DNA of 64,000 nt. Source: a bacterium. Lineage in GTDB: Bacteria; SAR324; XYD2-FULL-50-16. A model generated the notes under the pieces. It was not told the DNA's origin. It was given only the letters and a program-made list of their open reading frames with translations, and made no database searches. Each line of letters begins with the position of its first letter. The first letter of the stretch is position 1. The stretch is from NCBI GenBank assembly GCA_032250835.1, contig JAVVEA010000001.1:32001-96000 (forward strand), given 5' to 3'. Below are positions 27,080 through 36,858 of the stretch, in pieces. Both the position numbers and the translations under genes were made by a program.

Positions 27080-27805
27080 TTATGGCTTGAGTTTGATGAT
27101 CAACTTATCAAATTCAAGGTTGGTTTGCTCGAGGATCGGCTCTAGGTGGCCGGTTAAATCTTTTATCAAAGCGCTCGAAGACTGCTCTGCGGCTCGCTCG
27201 ATACGCTGACCCAGGCGGCTCATGGCGGCGGCTCCGACGTTGCCGGTCATGCCGCGGAACTTATGGGCCCAATCGCGGAGTTCTATAAAGTCCTCTGCTT
27301 CAAGCATTTGTTTGATTTGCTGGATCATTATGGGGGCATCTTCGGTGAAGATGTTGATCAGAGACCTCACCAAATCTGGGTCCACTTCTTTTCTGGACTC
27401 AATTAAGCGGAGGTCTAATAGGTCGCCCGGAACCCACTGGTCCCGCTCGTTTAATTCAAGGTTTACGGCGCGGATACAGTCTTGAAAGGCCTCTAGGTCT
27501 AAGGGCTTGGGTAGATAACAAAACCAGCCCTGCTCGGGGGTGATCACCGGGCCGAGGCTGCTTCCAAGTCCGACCCAAAGGGTAGCTTGGGCCTGCAACT
27601 GCGCCATGGCAAACAACTCTTCATTGTCCGTCGAGAGTAGGACTAAGTCGAAGGGGTCGTTTTTTAAGCATTGGCTCATTTCTTCTAGACTGGTGGCTAT
27701 ACAGGCCTGTTGGCCGACGAATCGCAAGAACTGTTCTAACACGAGCCGGTCGGTGTTTCGGTCTTCGGTTGCCAAAATCTTTAACATAGGTATTTCATTT
27801 TTCAT
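27080..27805 (-). CDS. Pseudo-receiver plus Hpt phosphotransfer protein
   Basis: REC-like N-terminus (ILATED, DLVLLS, YLPKP) and Hpt motif WAHKFRGMTGNVGA. Confidence 0.8.
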   Translation of the reverse strand: MKNEIPMLKILATEDRNTDRLVLEQFLRFVGQQACIATSLEEMSQCLKNDPFDLVLLSTDNEELFAMAQLQAQATLWVGLGSSLGPVITPEQGWFCYLPKPLDLEAFQDCIRAVNLELNERDQWVPGDLLDLRLIESRKEVDPDLVRSLINIFTEDAPIMIQQIKQMLEAEDFIELRDWAHKFRGMTGNVGAAAMSRLGQRIERAAEQSSSALIKDLTGHLEPILEQTNLEFDKLIIKLKP

Positions 27806-27955
27806 TTCGGTGACCCCAATTGCCCGTTTCGTTAAATTTTACGGTATGCACCCCGATGAGTCGAGTAAAATCCCCTAATAATCCTTGGCCTAAAAACTAG
27901 GTCGTGGTAGCCTCGAGCTAGCCACAACCTTGTTAACTGAACGAAACAGGACCCT

Positions 27956-28555
27956 ATGAATTACTTTTTTGGCCGCCGCCTACTTAAAACCTTAGTGATC
28001 GCTTTGGCCCTAACTTGGACCGGTGCCACCGTACAAGCTGAGACCTTTACCGTTGACCCTGTCCATTCGACCATCGGGTTTCGGGTCCCGCACATGATGA
28101 TTTCAAAAGTCCGCGGTAATTTTAAGGAATTTACCGGCACCTTTGATTTTGACGAAAAAACCAAAAAACTGAGCCAAATCAAAGCAGAGGTTCAAACTGT
28201 TAGCTTGGATACGCAGAATGAAAAGCGAGACGGCCACCTGCGCAGTCCCGACTTTTTTGATAGCCAAAAGTTCCCGATGCTTCGCTTTGAAAGCACCAAG
28301 ATCACCCAAAAGGGTGATCGCTACGAAGTGACCGGCAATTTGACGATCAAAGACGTAACCAAGTCGGTGACGTTAAAAGGCGAACTCCTGGGCGTAGGTA
28401 AGGGCTTTAAAGGTAAAACCCTGGTGGGCTTTGAAGCTCAGGGCGAAATCAACCGAAAAGACTTTGGGATGACCTGGAACCGTATGATTGAAACCGGTGG
28501 CTTCGCCGTCGGCGACGAAGTCCAATTGGTCATCGAGATTGAAGCTAGTAACTAA
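27956..28555 (+). CDS. yceI: YceI family polyisoprenoid-binding protein
   Basis: VDPVHSTIGF, RDGHLRSPDFFD, GNLTIKDVTK, INRKDFG. Confidence 0.92.
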   Translation: MNYFFGRRLLKTLVIALALTWTGATVQAETFTVDPVHSTIGFRVPHMMISKVRGNFKEFTGTFDFDEKTKKLSQIKAEVQTVSLDTQNEKRDGHLRSPDFFDSQKFPMLRFESTKITQKGDRYEVTGNLTIKDVTKSVTLKGELLGVGKGFKGKTLVGFEAQGEINRKDFGMTWNRMIETGGFAVGDEVQLVIEIEASN

Positions 28556-28577
28556 AGAAGGGCCTGCTGCGAACCCC

Positions 28578-29045
28578 TTAGGGGTTGTGGTACTTTTCGC
28601 CCTTTAAGATAGTCAGAGCCCGGTAGATTTGTTCTAGCAGAAAAAGACGGACCATTTGGTGGGTTAGGGTAAGCTTGGAAAGGCTCAAGGAGAGGTCGGC
28701 GCGTGCCTTTAAGGCATCGCCGGCTCCCCAAGCTCCACCGACGACCCAGTCAATTTTACCAAAACCCGCCAAGGCCTGCTTTTCCAAGTATGCGGCTAGC
28801 CCTTCGCTGCTGAAGCTTTGCCCCCTTTCGTCTAGCAAAATGCAGAGCGCTTGGGGGTCTAGTTTGTCCATGATGCGGCCCGCTTCTTCTGCCTTGGCTG
28901 CCTTAGGGTCGGTCTGGTTGGATTCTTTTAAGAAGACCAACTCGACCTTACTATAGTTCACCAAGCGCTTCAGGTAAATTTGGCAACCCTCAAGGAGGTA
29001 GGACTCCTTGGTCTTGCCCACCAAAAGCAGGCGCATTTGCCTCAT
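28578..29045 (-). CDS. rlmH: 23S rRNA pseudouridine-1915 N3-methyltransferase
   Basis: LDERG, VVGGAWG, SLSKLTLTHQMVRLFLLEQIYRA..I..G..YH. Confidence 0.95.
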   Translation of the reverse strand: MRQMRLLLVGKTKESYLLEGCQIYLKRLVNYSKVELVFLKESNQTDPKAAKAEEAGRIMDKLDPQALCILLDERGQSFSSEGLAAYLEKQALAGFGKIDWVVGGAWGAGDALKARADLSLSLSKLTLTHQMVRLFLLEQIYRALTILKGEKYHNP

Positions 29046-29383
29046 TGCACCCGGCGCGACTGAGCTCGCTTGTGCATTTCTTCAATATGGTAGACTTCAC
29101 GCAAGTCCTCTTCAAAAATGTGGAGGATCACGTCGTTGTAGTCCATTAAGATCCAGCCCCCATCGGTTTCGCCTTCGACCCCCAAAGGATAAATACCCTT
29201 TTCTTTGACGGCGAGGTGGACCTTATCATGGATACCCTTGGCATGGGCCGAGGAGGTGGCGCTGCAAAGCACGATGTAGTCGGACAAGGAGGATTCCCCA
29301 ACGAGGTCGATCTCGACGATGTCTAAGGCTTTGCTGTCTTCTAAGGTGCTGGTGATCAGCTTAAGTAAATCTTGGGCTTGCAT
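29042..29383 (-). CDS. rsfS: Ribosome silencing factor
   Basis: KALDI, DYIVLCSATS, WILMDYNDVILHIF...REVY; nadD-rsfS-rlmH synteny. Confidence 0.95.
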   Translation of the reverse strand: MQAQDLLKLITSTLEDSKALDIVEIDLVGESSLSDYIVLCSATSSAHAKGIHDKVHLAVKEKGIYPLGVEGETDGGWILMDYNDVILHIFEEDLREVYHIEEMHKRAQSRRVQ

Positions 29384-29389
29384 AGTTTC

Positions 29390-29971
29390 CTAGTGGTGGC
29401 TTGACATCCAAAGCTTTAGAGCTTCTGGGTGTAGCCAGTTTTGTTCTACCAGATCGGTGAGGCTACCGCCGCGGATCTTGGTCGAAGAGACCGGCGGTAG
29501 GTCCAGATCCAACCATTGGACCCGGTCCCCGGCAAATTGGGTGGCCTGACTTAAGTCGGGCGGTGAGCTAAGATGACGCCTGAAAACTAGTAATCTGGCC
29601 ATCTTTAAAATTTCAAGGGCCTCAAACCATTGTGGAAAATGAGCGAAGGCGTCTTCTCCTAAGATCAAAAACAAGTGGTCGTCGGGGTAAGCCCGGCTAA
29701 AATGACGCAGACTATGGGCGGTGTAACTTACCTCAGTGCGGTTCATTTCATAAAGCTCAATCTGTGCGTTAGCTAAGTCGGCGAAGGTGGCCCGCAGCAT
29801 ACTTAAGCGAAGCTCAGAGTCTAAGGGCTCCTGATCTAGCTTAAAAGGGCTCTGGTAAGCCGGGACCACTAAAATACGATCCACCTGTCCCAGGGCCAAA
29901 ATTTGGCGGACAATTTGATAGTGGCCGAGGTGGACGGGGCTGAAGCTGCCTCCGAAAATGCCTAGATTCAT
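29390..29971 (-). CDS. nadD: Nicotinate-nucleotide adenylyltransferase
   Basis: GIFGGSFSPVHLGH, SYT, ILGED, VSSTKIR. Confidence 0.93.
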   Translation of the reverse strand: MNLGIFGGSFSPVHLGHYQIVRQILALGQVDRILVVPAYQSPFKLDQEPLDSELRLSMLRATFADLANAQIELYEMNRTEVSYTAHSLRHFSRAYPDDHLFLILGEDAFAHFPQWFEALEILKMARLLVFRRHLSSPPDLSQATQFAGDRVQWLDLDLPPVSSTKIRGGSLTDLVEQNWLHPEALKLWMSSHH

Positions 29972-30122
29972 TCGGGCGGGGCGGGAGATTTGGTTCCCTT
30001 TTTGCTTTCCCTAAGGTCGAAAACCCTGCCGCGTCAAGTTCGGGGCAGGATTAGAACCACTTTAATAAGCCAATCACCGGGTAGGGGTGCACCGGGAATG
30101 GCGTCATATCAGTTAAGGCCTT

Positions 30123-31733
30123 ATGGCAATTTACCGTTTCTTGTCAACTGCAATGGCCGCTTGTAGCGTCGCCTTCGTCTTAACTGGCGATCTTTGGGCA
30201 CAGTCGCGAGCGATTGTTGAGCGCGGCGCTGGCAAGACCTCAGCCAACTTCCAGGTGATTGACCCCAAAGCCTTCCGCAGTGGCGGTGCTTTCAGCACGG
30301 ACCTCTATGTGGTTGGCGGTGGCTTTGCCGGATTGATCGGCTTGATGATTGTTTACGCGATCTACCGAAGCATCCGCAATAAACTGACGACCAAGCGTCT
30401 TAAGCGCTACAAGCAAAAAAAGATGCTCAGCAAGATGTCGGCGCTGAATATGTCCAGCGATTCGGCCGACGCCCTGACCGATATAGCCAAACGAACCGGT
30501 AACAAGGTAGATGAGCTTTTAGCCGACAACCGGCTCTATGAAAAGGCGCTCAACGAACTAAAGGCCCAAAATCCTGCGGATCCTCTTTTAGGATATGCTC
30601 AGACGATCCGCGAACAAGCCGACTTTGTTTTTAGCAATCCTAAGGTCAATTTCGTGGTCACCCAGATGCTCGAGGTGGGCCAAGAGGTCCGCGTGTTCGT
30701 CACCCACCAGGGCAAGGAACATAGCTTTGTAACCCGCTTGCTGCGGGTGACCAATAGTGAACTCTGGCTACGTCCGCCCAAAATCAAAGGGAAGGTGGTC
30801 AAATTGACCTCATTTAAGCGCTTTGAACTGCGAGTCTATCGACCTCAGGACGGCGAGTACCACATGTTTTGCGATTTGCGCCGCCAGATATCGAAACCCG
30901 TAGACGCCCTGATCATCGGCCATGCCTTACAGGTGATGCGGATGAACCACCGCAAACAAGAACGTATCGCCGTTGAGTTAGAACGCAAAATTGCTTATGT
31001 CCTGCCCAAACAAAACACCCAATTCTCTTTCGGCGAATTTGAGGCAGTGCAAAACACCGTGACTTTGGTGGACCTTTCTTCGGGCGGTGCTCGCTTGGTG
31101 ACCGAAGGGTTACCCGAGGGCGTGGACATCGGCACCGAAGTTTTGATGGTGATTCCCGAAACGGGTCTGCGCAAGAAGCTGCGTTCTCATATTGTACGCA
31201 TCGACAAGGAACCAGAGGGTAAGTTGATCTTTTTGCATCTGATGTTCTCTAATTTAAATGAGCGCGACCGTCACCAGATGGAAAAATTCATCCATAACGT
31301 CAATGCCGGGGCTCAAATAAAGAAGAAGCGCAAGGTGGCCATGCCGCCTCAAGTAAAAGCGATTTTGGGGGATAATTCCCCCACCGATGGCTTCACAGAG
31401 GCTGTGAACGGGGCCGATCAGAGCGGCCAAGACGACCAGCCGGTCGAACGGACAACGAAGCAGTCATCGAGCCAGGTCGCCGACATGAGCTTAGAGGACT
31501 CCGAGAAAAATGATGCAGATCCGTTGGACGAAAACTTAGACTTGGATGAAGTCTTGCATGAAGCAGCCAATAATCCCCAGCCCGGACGCTCGATAGAGGA
31601 GGTCGAAGACCCGGATCAAGCGCCCAAGGGCATGGGCGAAACTACCGATAAAGACGCCCCCATTGAGGACGATTTGGACCTTTCAGAAGATGATGGGATG
31701 CACTTCAACCCTGATAAAGACGATGAAATCTAA
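30123..31733 (+). CDS. Membrane-anchored PilZN+PilZ c-di-GMP receptor with acidic disordered tail
   Basis: N-terminal hydrophobic segments, RKQER (RxxxR) and DLSSGG (DxSxxG), D/E-rich C-terminus. Confidence 0.8.
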   Translation: MAIYRFLSTAMAACSVAFVLTGDLWAQSRAIVERGAGKTSANFQVIDPKAFRSGGAFSTDLYVVGGGFAGLIGLMIVYAIYRSIRNKLTTKRLKRYKQKKMLSKMSALNMSSDSADALTDIAKRTGNKVDELLADNRLYEKALNELKAQNPADPLLGYAQTIREQADFVFSNPKVNFVVTQMLEVGQEVRVFVTHQGKEHSFVTRLLRVTNSELWLRPPKIKGKVVKLTSFKRFELRVYRPQDGEYHMFCDLRRQISKPVDALIIGHALQVMRMNHRKQERIAVELERKIAYVLPKQNTQFSFGEFEAVQNTVTLVDLSSGGARLVTEGLPEGVDIGTEVLMVIPETGLRKKLRSHIVRIDKEPEGKLIFLHLMFSNLNERDRHQMEKFIHNVNAGAQIKKKRKVAMPPQVKAILGDNSPTDGFTEAVNGADQSGQDDQPVERTTKQSSSQVADMSLEDSEKNDADPLDENLDLDEVLHEAANNPQPGRSIEEVEDPDQAPKGMGETTDKDAPIEDDLDLSEDDGMHFNPDKDDEI

Positions 31734-33177
31734 ACAGGCAATGAAAGTACTGTGGGCCTCGTTGCTGGCCGCAATGATAGCAGCACCGGTAATGGCCCAA
31801 GTCCAAGCTTCCGGTCGTTTGTTACAGCAAAAAACCTATAATTTTGCCACCGAAACCGACCCGGCTGCGGGCGGGAAAGTAGGGCAGCAAGATACGGGTA
31901 ACTTTATTGAAGACAAGCTCTTTAAAATCGTGGCCGACACCTACGCCCGTCGCGATGAGCATGCTTTCTTGAAGCTTTATGAGTTTTTCTTAAAAAGCTT
32001 CCCGAACAGCCAACGACGAGCGGAGCTGGACCAGTACCGCGACAAGTTCTTCTATTCTGAAAACCTCAATATTTATAAATTGGGCGGTGCCTTGGTGGAT
32101 CTGCAAGCGCCGGAGTCTAAAAATTGGGACCAGTTGTCCGACCTGTTCCGCCAACTACGCCAAAAAGGCATGAAATTGGTGCAGGTTGAAGTCGCCCAAG
32201 AGGCGGGAGAACAGATCTTCTTGTTCGCTAAAGGCGGCGATAAAAGGGGCTATTTTTTCAAAAACGACAACGGCCCCCTGTTAGATGATATTTTGGACCG
32301 TATGTCCGAATTGGCTCATGAAAACGACATGAAGCTGCTGGCTTCCTTGCCATTGCGCGATTTGCCGTCCTTGGACCGCCAACCGGTGATGTTGATGGAT
32401 TCTTCTTATAACCCCATCAACCATGACCTACGTCTCAACAATAAGTTGGATTTAACCCATCCGGCCGCTTTGCCCTACTTGTTGAACTTTACCGAAGCCT
32501 TAGCCAAAACCAAGGTAGATGGCATCATCATCAAAGACGACTTCACCTACGCCCCTCAAGAGGGCTTTTCGGAAATGTCGATCCGGCGGTTTAAACTGGA
32601 CACCGGGATTAGCTTAGACCTACAGAACCTTGTGGTTTCCTACCCAGCCAACGGCGATTTTGGCCTGGTCGGCAAGGAAGAGTATCAGGTTTTCTTGGAA
32701 TGGCGCGCCCGGCAGATCCGCCAATTGTTGTGGGATTTTGTTGAAGCCAGCCGAGAATTTCGCGCCGAGTTCACGATTGGTATTGAGCTAACCCCTGAGA
32801 TGCTCGATAGCAACGAACAATCGGCCTTTATGCGATACGGAACCTCGGTGCGTATGCTTTGGGACCTACCGGTTGATTTCCAGGTGTTAAAGTGGAGCTA
32901 CCAAGACGGCAACAATGAGAGTGACCCAGAGGTTTACTTCGGCGCGTTAAGCCGGCTGCAAGAGCTGATGGACGCGGATCGTAAAGTTTATTTGAAGGTC
33001 CCCTTGAACGACCAGACCCGCAACGTGATCATGTTAAACCAACGGATCAGGCGTCATTTGGTCTGGATGTCTGAACATGAGGGCCTAGAACAGGCCATTG
33101 GACCCATCGACCGGCGTAAGGATTGGGACTTCCTACACCACCGAGTGGTTGAAAAATTAGAAGTTCCAGGCCAGTAA
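31723..33177 (+). CDS. Exported PgaB C-terminal (GHL13/GH153)-like TIM-barrel protein
   Basis: Signal peptide; GYFFKN, LAHENDMKL, VDGIIIKDDF...EGFS, EWRA.QI resemble the PgaB C-domain. Confidence 0.6.
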   Translation: MKSKQAMKVLWASLLAAMIAAPVMAQVQASGRLLQQKTYNFATETDPAAGGKVGQQDTGNFIEDKLFKIVADTYARRDEHAFLKLYEFFLKSFPNSQRRAELDQYRDKFFYSENLNIYKLGGALVDLQAPESKNWDQLSDLFRQLRQKGMKLVQVEVAQEAGEQIFLFAKGGDKRGYFFKNDNGPLLDDILDRMSELAHENDMKLLASLPLRDLPSLDRQPVMLMDSSYNPINHDLRLNNKLDLTHPAALPYLLNFTEALAKTKVDGIIIKDDFTYAPQEGFSEMSIRRFKLDTGISLDLQNLVVSYPANGDFGLVGKEEYQVFLEWRARQIRQLLWDFVEASREFRAEFTIGIELTPEMLDSNEQSAFMRYGTSVRMLWDLPVDFQVLKWSYQDGNNESDPEVYFGALSRLQELMDADRKVYLKVPLNDQTRNVIMLNQRIRRHLVWMSEHEGLEQAIGPIDRRKDWDFLHHRVVEKLEVPGQ

Positions 33178-33225
33178 ATGGGCTGTGAAATTCTTTAAAT
33201 TCAATGGATAGCCCCTGAATCCTCT

Positions 33226-33260
33226 AAATACCCCTTTCGGTCTACTGGAAGGGGTATTTT
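33226..33260. terminator. Bidirectional terminator hairpin between convergent genes
   Basis: AAATACCCCTTTC...GGAAGGGGTATTTT. Confidence 0.75.
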
Positions 33261-33264
33261 GCCT

Positions 33265-34479
33265 TTAAAGCAGTTGGTTTAATTGGAACAGCGGCAACAT
33301 CACCGCTAAGACAATAAAGCCCACCAACAGGGCCATCACCAGAATCATCACCGGCTCCAGCAGAGCCACCAAGCGCTCTACTGCATGGGTTACTTCCTTT
33401 TGCAGGTTGCTGCTGATCTTTGAGAGCATGTTGTCTAGCTGGTCGCTTTCTTCGCCGACTCGGATCATCTGGACCACGCTGGCCGGATAAAGGCCCGTCT
33501 TTTTCAGCGCCGCCGAGAGGTCCATACCCCGGCTGGCAATGTCGTTACTCATTTCATCAAAGGGGTCTTCAAAGATCCGGTTACCTAAAACCCCCTTTAA
33601 AATAGCCAAAGAATGCTTTAATTCGACGCCCGAAGACAAAAGAGTGCCCAGCGTTTGGCAGAAGCGATAAAGGATCATTTGCTGGGTTAAATGACCGATT
33701 ACCGGGAGTTTGAGTAATATGCGGTCTTTGAGCAGCTCACCTTTGGGGGTTTTAAGCCAAGAGCGGATACCCCAAAAGGCACCGGCAAACGTGAGCGCCA
33801 CCAAAATAAAATGCTCGCTCACCACTTCACTAGTCCAAACCACTACTTGAGTCGGCAAGGGAAGTTCGGCTTCGAACTGGCTAAAGATAGGCGTGATCTT
33901 AGGTAAGATGAAGGTGAGCATAAAGAGGATGATCAACATCCCCAAGACGGCCATGATCGCCGGGTATATCATGGCGTTTTGGATCTTCTGGCCCAGTCGC
34001 TCATCTTCTTCGCGGAAACGGGTCAATTCGTCTAAGACCTGGGCTAAAGTGCCCCCGGCTTCACCAGCGCGGACCATGGCTGCATACATCCCCGGAAAAT
34101 GCCGGGGGCGCGACTCTAAGGCCGCCGCTAGACTAGAACCTTCGGTGATCTCTGATTTGATGTCGGCTAAAAGGGTCTGGAAGCTTTGGTCTTGGTTCTC
34201 TTGGATCAAAATATCCAAGGCGCGGTCATAGGGAATGCCCGCCGTGGCGAGCACCGAAAATTGGCGCGTAAAGGCGGTGATGGTTTTGGCGGGGACCTTT
34301 TGCTTGCGCTGACCGCGCCACTGAAACAGCGAGTTTTTGGCTTTGGCGGGCTTCAGCTCAATAACGTACCAGCCTTTGGCCTGTAGCTTGGCAGCCGCTT
34401 GGCGGGCGTTGGGGGCGTCGGTTTTGCCCTTATGATTTTTACCCGCCTGGTCTAGGCACTGGTACTCGAAGAGCGCCAT
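33265..34479 (-). CDS. gspF: Type II secretion/type IV pilus inner-membrane platform protein F
   Basis: FTRQF..L..AGIP, MVRAGEAGG.L, AMIYP, MIRVGEES, LLEP. Confidence 0.9.
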   Translation of the reverse strand: MALFEYQCLDQAGKNHKGKTDAPNARQAAAKLQAKGWYVIELKPAKAKNSLFQWRGQRKQKVPAKTITAFTRQFSVLATAGIPYDRALDILIQENQDQSFQTLLADIKSEITEGSSLAAALESRPRHFPGMYAAMVRAGEAGGTLAQVLDELTRFREEDERLGQKIQNAMIYPAIMAVLGMLIILFMLTFILPKITPIFSQFEAELPLPTQVVVWTSEVVSEHFILVALTFAGAFWGIRSWLKTPKGELLKDRILLKLPVIGHLTQQMILYRFCQTLGTLLSSGVELKHSLAILKGVLGNRIFEDPFDEMSNDIASRGMDLSAALKKTGLYPASVVQMIRVGEESDQLDNMLSKISSNLQKEVTHAVERLVALLEPVMILVMALLVGFIVLAVMLPLFQLNQLL

Positions 34480-34488
34480 AGACGGCCT

Positions 34489-35868
34489 TTAGATAGTTTT
34501 AGAGAACTTCACCTTCGGGGCCTTTTCTCCGGTCAAATAGGCGTCAAAACGCATGCAGATGTTGCGCACCAAAATTTTGCCCCAAGAGAGCACCCGGATA
34601 TGTCCTTCGCCGACTTCGACTAAGCCCTCATCGATCATGTCCTCTAATCCGGCCATTTCCTTTTGGAAATATTCGGTAAAGTCCAGATCAAACTCTTCTA
34701 AGAATTCGTCGAAGTTGACGTAGAAATGACAAATCAAGCGGATGATGGTCCATTTTCGGATCCGGTCATCGTCAGTAAGGTGGATTCCGCGCGCTCCAGC
34801 CAGCCCTTCTTGCTCAATGGCACTTAAGTAGTCCGGCAGTTTTTTCTCGTTTTGTAGGAAATATCGCTCGCTTTCGCCGATGGAGGTGATGCCAATGCCC
34901 ACTAAATCGACACCCGACTTGGGGCTATAGCCCATAAAGTTTCGGTAAAGCCGCCGTTCTCTTTGGGCGACGGCTAATTCGTCGGTCGATTTGGCGAAGT
35001 GGTCCATCCCGATGTACTCGTACCCGGCGGCGGCGAAGCGGCTGATGGCCTCAAAGAGGATGTTCAGCTTCGTTTCTTCGTCGGGTAGGTGCTCGGCGTG
35101 GATGAGCTTTTGGTGGGGCAGTTGTTCGGGCAGGTAAGCGAAATTGTAGAGTGCTAAGCGGTCGGGAGCTAAGGAGATTACCTGTTCTAGGGTCTCGCGC
35201 ATACTGGCCAAGGTTTGGTGTGGCAGCCCGTACATCAAGTCTAGGTTGACCCCGGTGAACCCGAGCTGGCGGGCCTTGTCGATATGTTCCTTGGTGATCT
35301 CGTAGCTTTGGACCCGGTTGACTGCTGCTTGGACCTTCGGATTGAAGTCTTGTAAGCCCAAGGAAAGACGGTTAAAGCCTAGCCCCGCCAACATCTCCAA
35401 TTGGCCTTCATGGGTCGAACAGGGGTCCACCTCAATGGCCAATTCGGCGGACTCTTCAAATTCAAAATGCTCCCGCAATTTGCCTAAAATTAAGGCAAAT
35501 TCCTGGTCCAACAAGAAGGTGGGGGTGCCGCCGCCAAAATGCAACTGGCGGATTTTTTTGTGGCCCAGGCCAAAGGAGGCTAAGGTATCGATCTCCTTGA
35601 GGAGGTGGGTCACGTAGTCGGTGGCCTTGCCTTGATTTTGGGTGATCATGGTGTTGCAACCGCAATAGCTGCAACGTTCACGGCAAAAGGGGATGTGGAA
35701 GTACAGCGAAAGAGGGCGCGAGCTTTGGCCTAACTCTTGGTACCAGTCACGCTGGGTGCCTCGGTCGACGGGGCCCCAAACCGGTGCGGTCGGGTAGGAG
35801 GTGTAGCGGGGGCCGCTGACGTTGTACTTTTCGATCAATTCCTGCGGGAGCCGGTAGCTCTGGTTCAT
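34489..35868 (-). CDS. hemN: Oxygen-independent coproporphyrinogen III oxidase
   Basis: GPRYTSYPTA, YFHIPFCRERCSYCGC, GGGTPT, IGMDHFA, RNFMGY. Confidence 0.95.
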   Translation of the reverse strand: MNQSYRLPQELIEKYNVSGPRYTSYPTAPVWGPVDRGTQRDWYQELGQSSRPLSLYFHIPFCRERCSYCGCNTMITQNQGKATDYVTHLLKEIDTLASFGLGHKKIRQLHFGGGTPTFLLDQEFALILGKLREHFEFEESAELAIEVDPCSTHEGQLEMLAGLGFNRLSLGLQDFNPKVQAAVNRVQSYEITKEHIDKARQLGFTGVNLDLMYGLPHQTLASMRETLEQVISLAPDRLALYNFAYLPEQLPHQKLIHAEHLPDEETKLNILFEAISRFAAAGYEYIGMDHFAKSTDELAVAQRERRLYRNFMGYSPKSGVDLVGIGITSIGESERYFLQNEKKLPDYLSAIEQEGLAGARGIHLTDDDRIRKWTIIRLICHFYVNFDEFLEEFDLDFTEYFQKEMAGLEDMIDEGLVEVGEGHIRVLSWGKILVRNICMRFDAYLTGEKAPKVKFSKTI

Positions 35869-35877
35869 CTCGGCCTC

Positions 35878-36747
35878 TTAAAACAGGGAGCTGCGTTTTT
35901 CGGGCAGCGTGTAGACCACGTCTCCCTGATGAATTTTATCGCGGTCGCGGGGGTCTAGCTCGACCCAGGCGTCGTTGGCTTGAACCTGGATCACCTCGGC
36001 GGTGGCCAGCGCTTCTGAATAGCTGATCACGCCGGTGTTGAGGCCTTGGACCAAATCTCTTTCGATCTTGCGTTTGCGGATCTGAACCTTACGGCCTACT
36101 TGAAGGCCTAGGCTAGAGCCCAGTGAAATCTTGGCTACCTGCCGGTCGCCCCGGGTTTGTAGGACAAAACCCATCAAGGGGAAGGCGCGTTGGATCACCG
36201 GTTTGACCTCTTGGCGGGATTCGGCGGGTTCCGAAGAGTCGTAATTCAGGTTTTCCTTAAAAACCACCTGCCCGCTATCGACCTTAAAGACCGTTAAGCC
36301 AACGATCGCTTTAAATCGGTCCACGCCTTTTTCCAGCTTCGATGAGGCAATGGAAAGCTCGGTCTGCATCACAAATTGAGCGCCTAAAGCTTTGCCTAAT
36401 TCGATCGCCTGGGCGGCACTTTCGGCTCGAAAGCCCCGGTAGTCGCTTTGGCTTAGGAGGTTTTCAACCCGGCGCTGTTCGATGGGCGCAAAGGCGGCGT
36501 AGCGGGACAAGCTATCTGCGGTAAAACCCAAGATGGCTTCTTCGCGTGCCTGAGTCACCGTGGGGTGTTTGTGGGTGATCAGGTTGACATATAGTCGGGG
36601 TTTTTGGAGCAGCTCGTTTTCTTCGGGCGGGAACGCGGTCTTTTGTTCGTCAATAGCGGTGAGCGGAAGTTTTGTCGGTTCCACCTTTTGGGGCGCACAG
36701 GCAGCCAAAAGTAATACCAGACTCCAAAGCGCTAGAAAACGCAGCAT
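35878..36747 (-). CDS. Lipoprotein, CsgG/FlgT-like architecture
   Basis: Lipobox LAAC; AIELGKALGA..V (CsgG/TolB-N-like); C-terminal ISLGS..GLQVG beta domain. Confidence 0.6.
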   Translation of the reverse strand: MLRFLALWSLVLLLAACAPQKVEPTKLPLTAIDEQKTAFPPEENELLQKPRLYVNLITHKHPTVTQAREEAILGFTADSLSRYAAFAPIEQRRVENLLSQSDYRGFRAESAAQAIELGKALGAQFVMQTELSIASSKLEKGVDRFKAIVGLTVFKVDSGQVVFKENLNYDSSEPAESRQEVKPVIQRAFPLMGFVLQTRGDRQVAKISLGSSLGLQVGRKVQIRKRKIERDLVQGLNTGVISYSEALATAEVIQVQANDAWVELDPRDRDKIHQGDVVYTLPEKRSSLF

Positions 36748-36858
36748 GGGGCTATTATTGGAAGGGGTTGTTGTTTTCTTGATGGCTTAGAGTAAGCCAA
36801 AGGGCAGGGGAAGTAAAGCCCCAGCAGCCCCCCGGAGGGAGGCTGCTTACAAAGCTAA

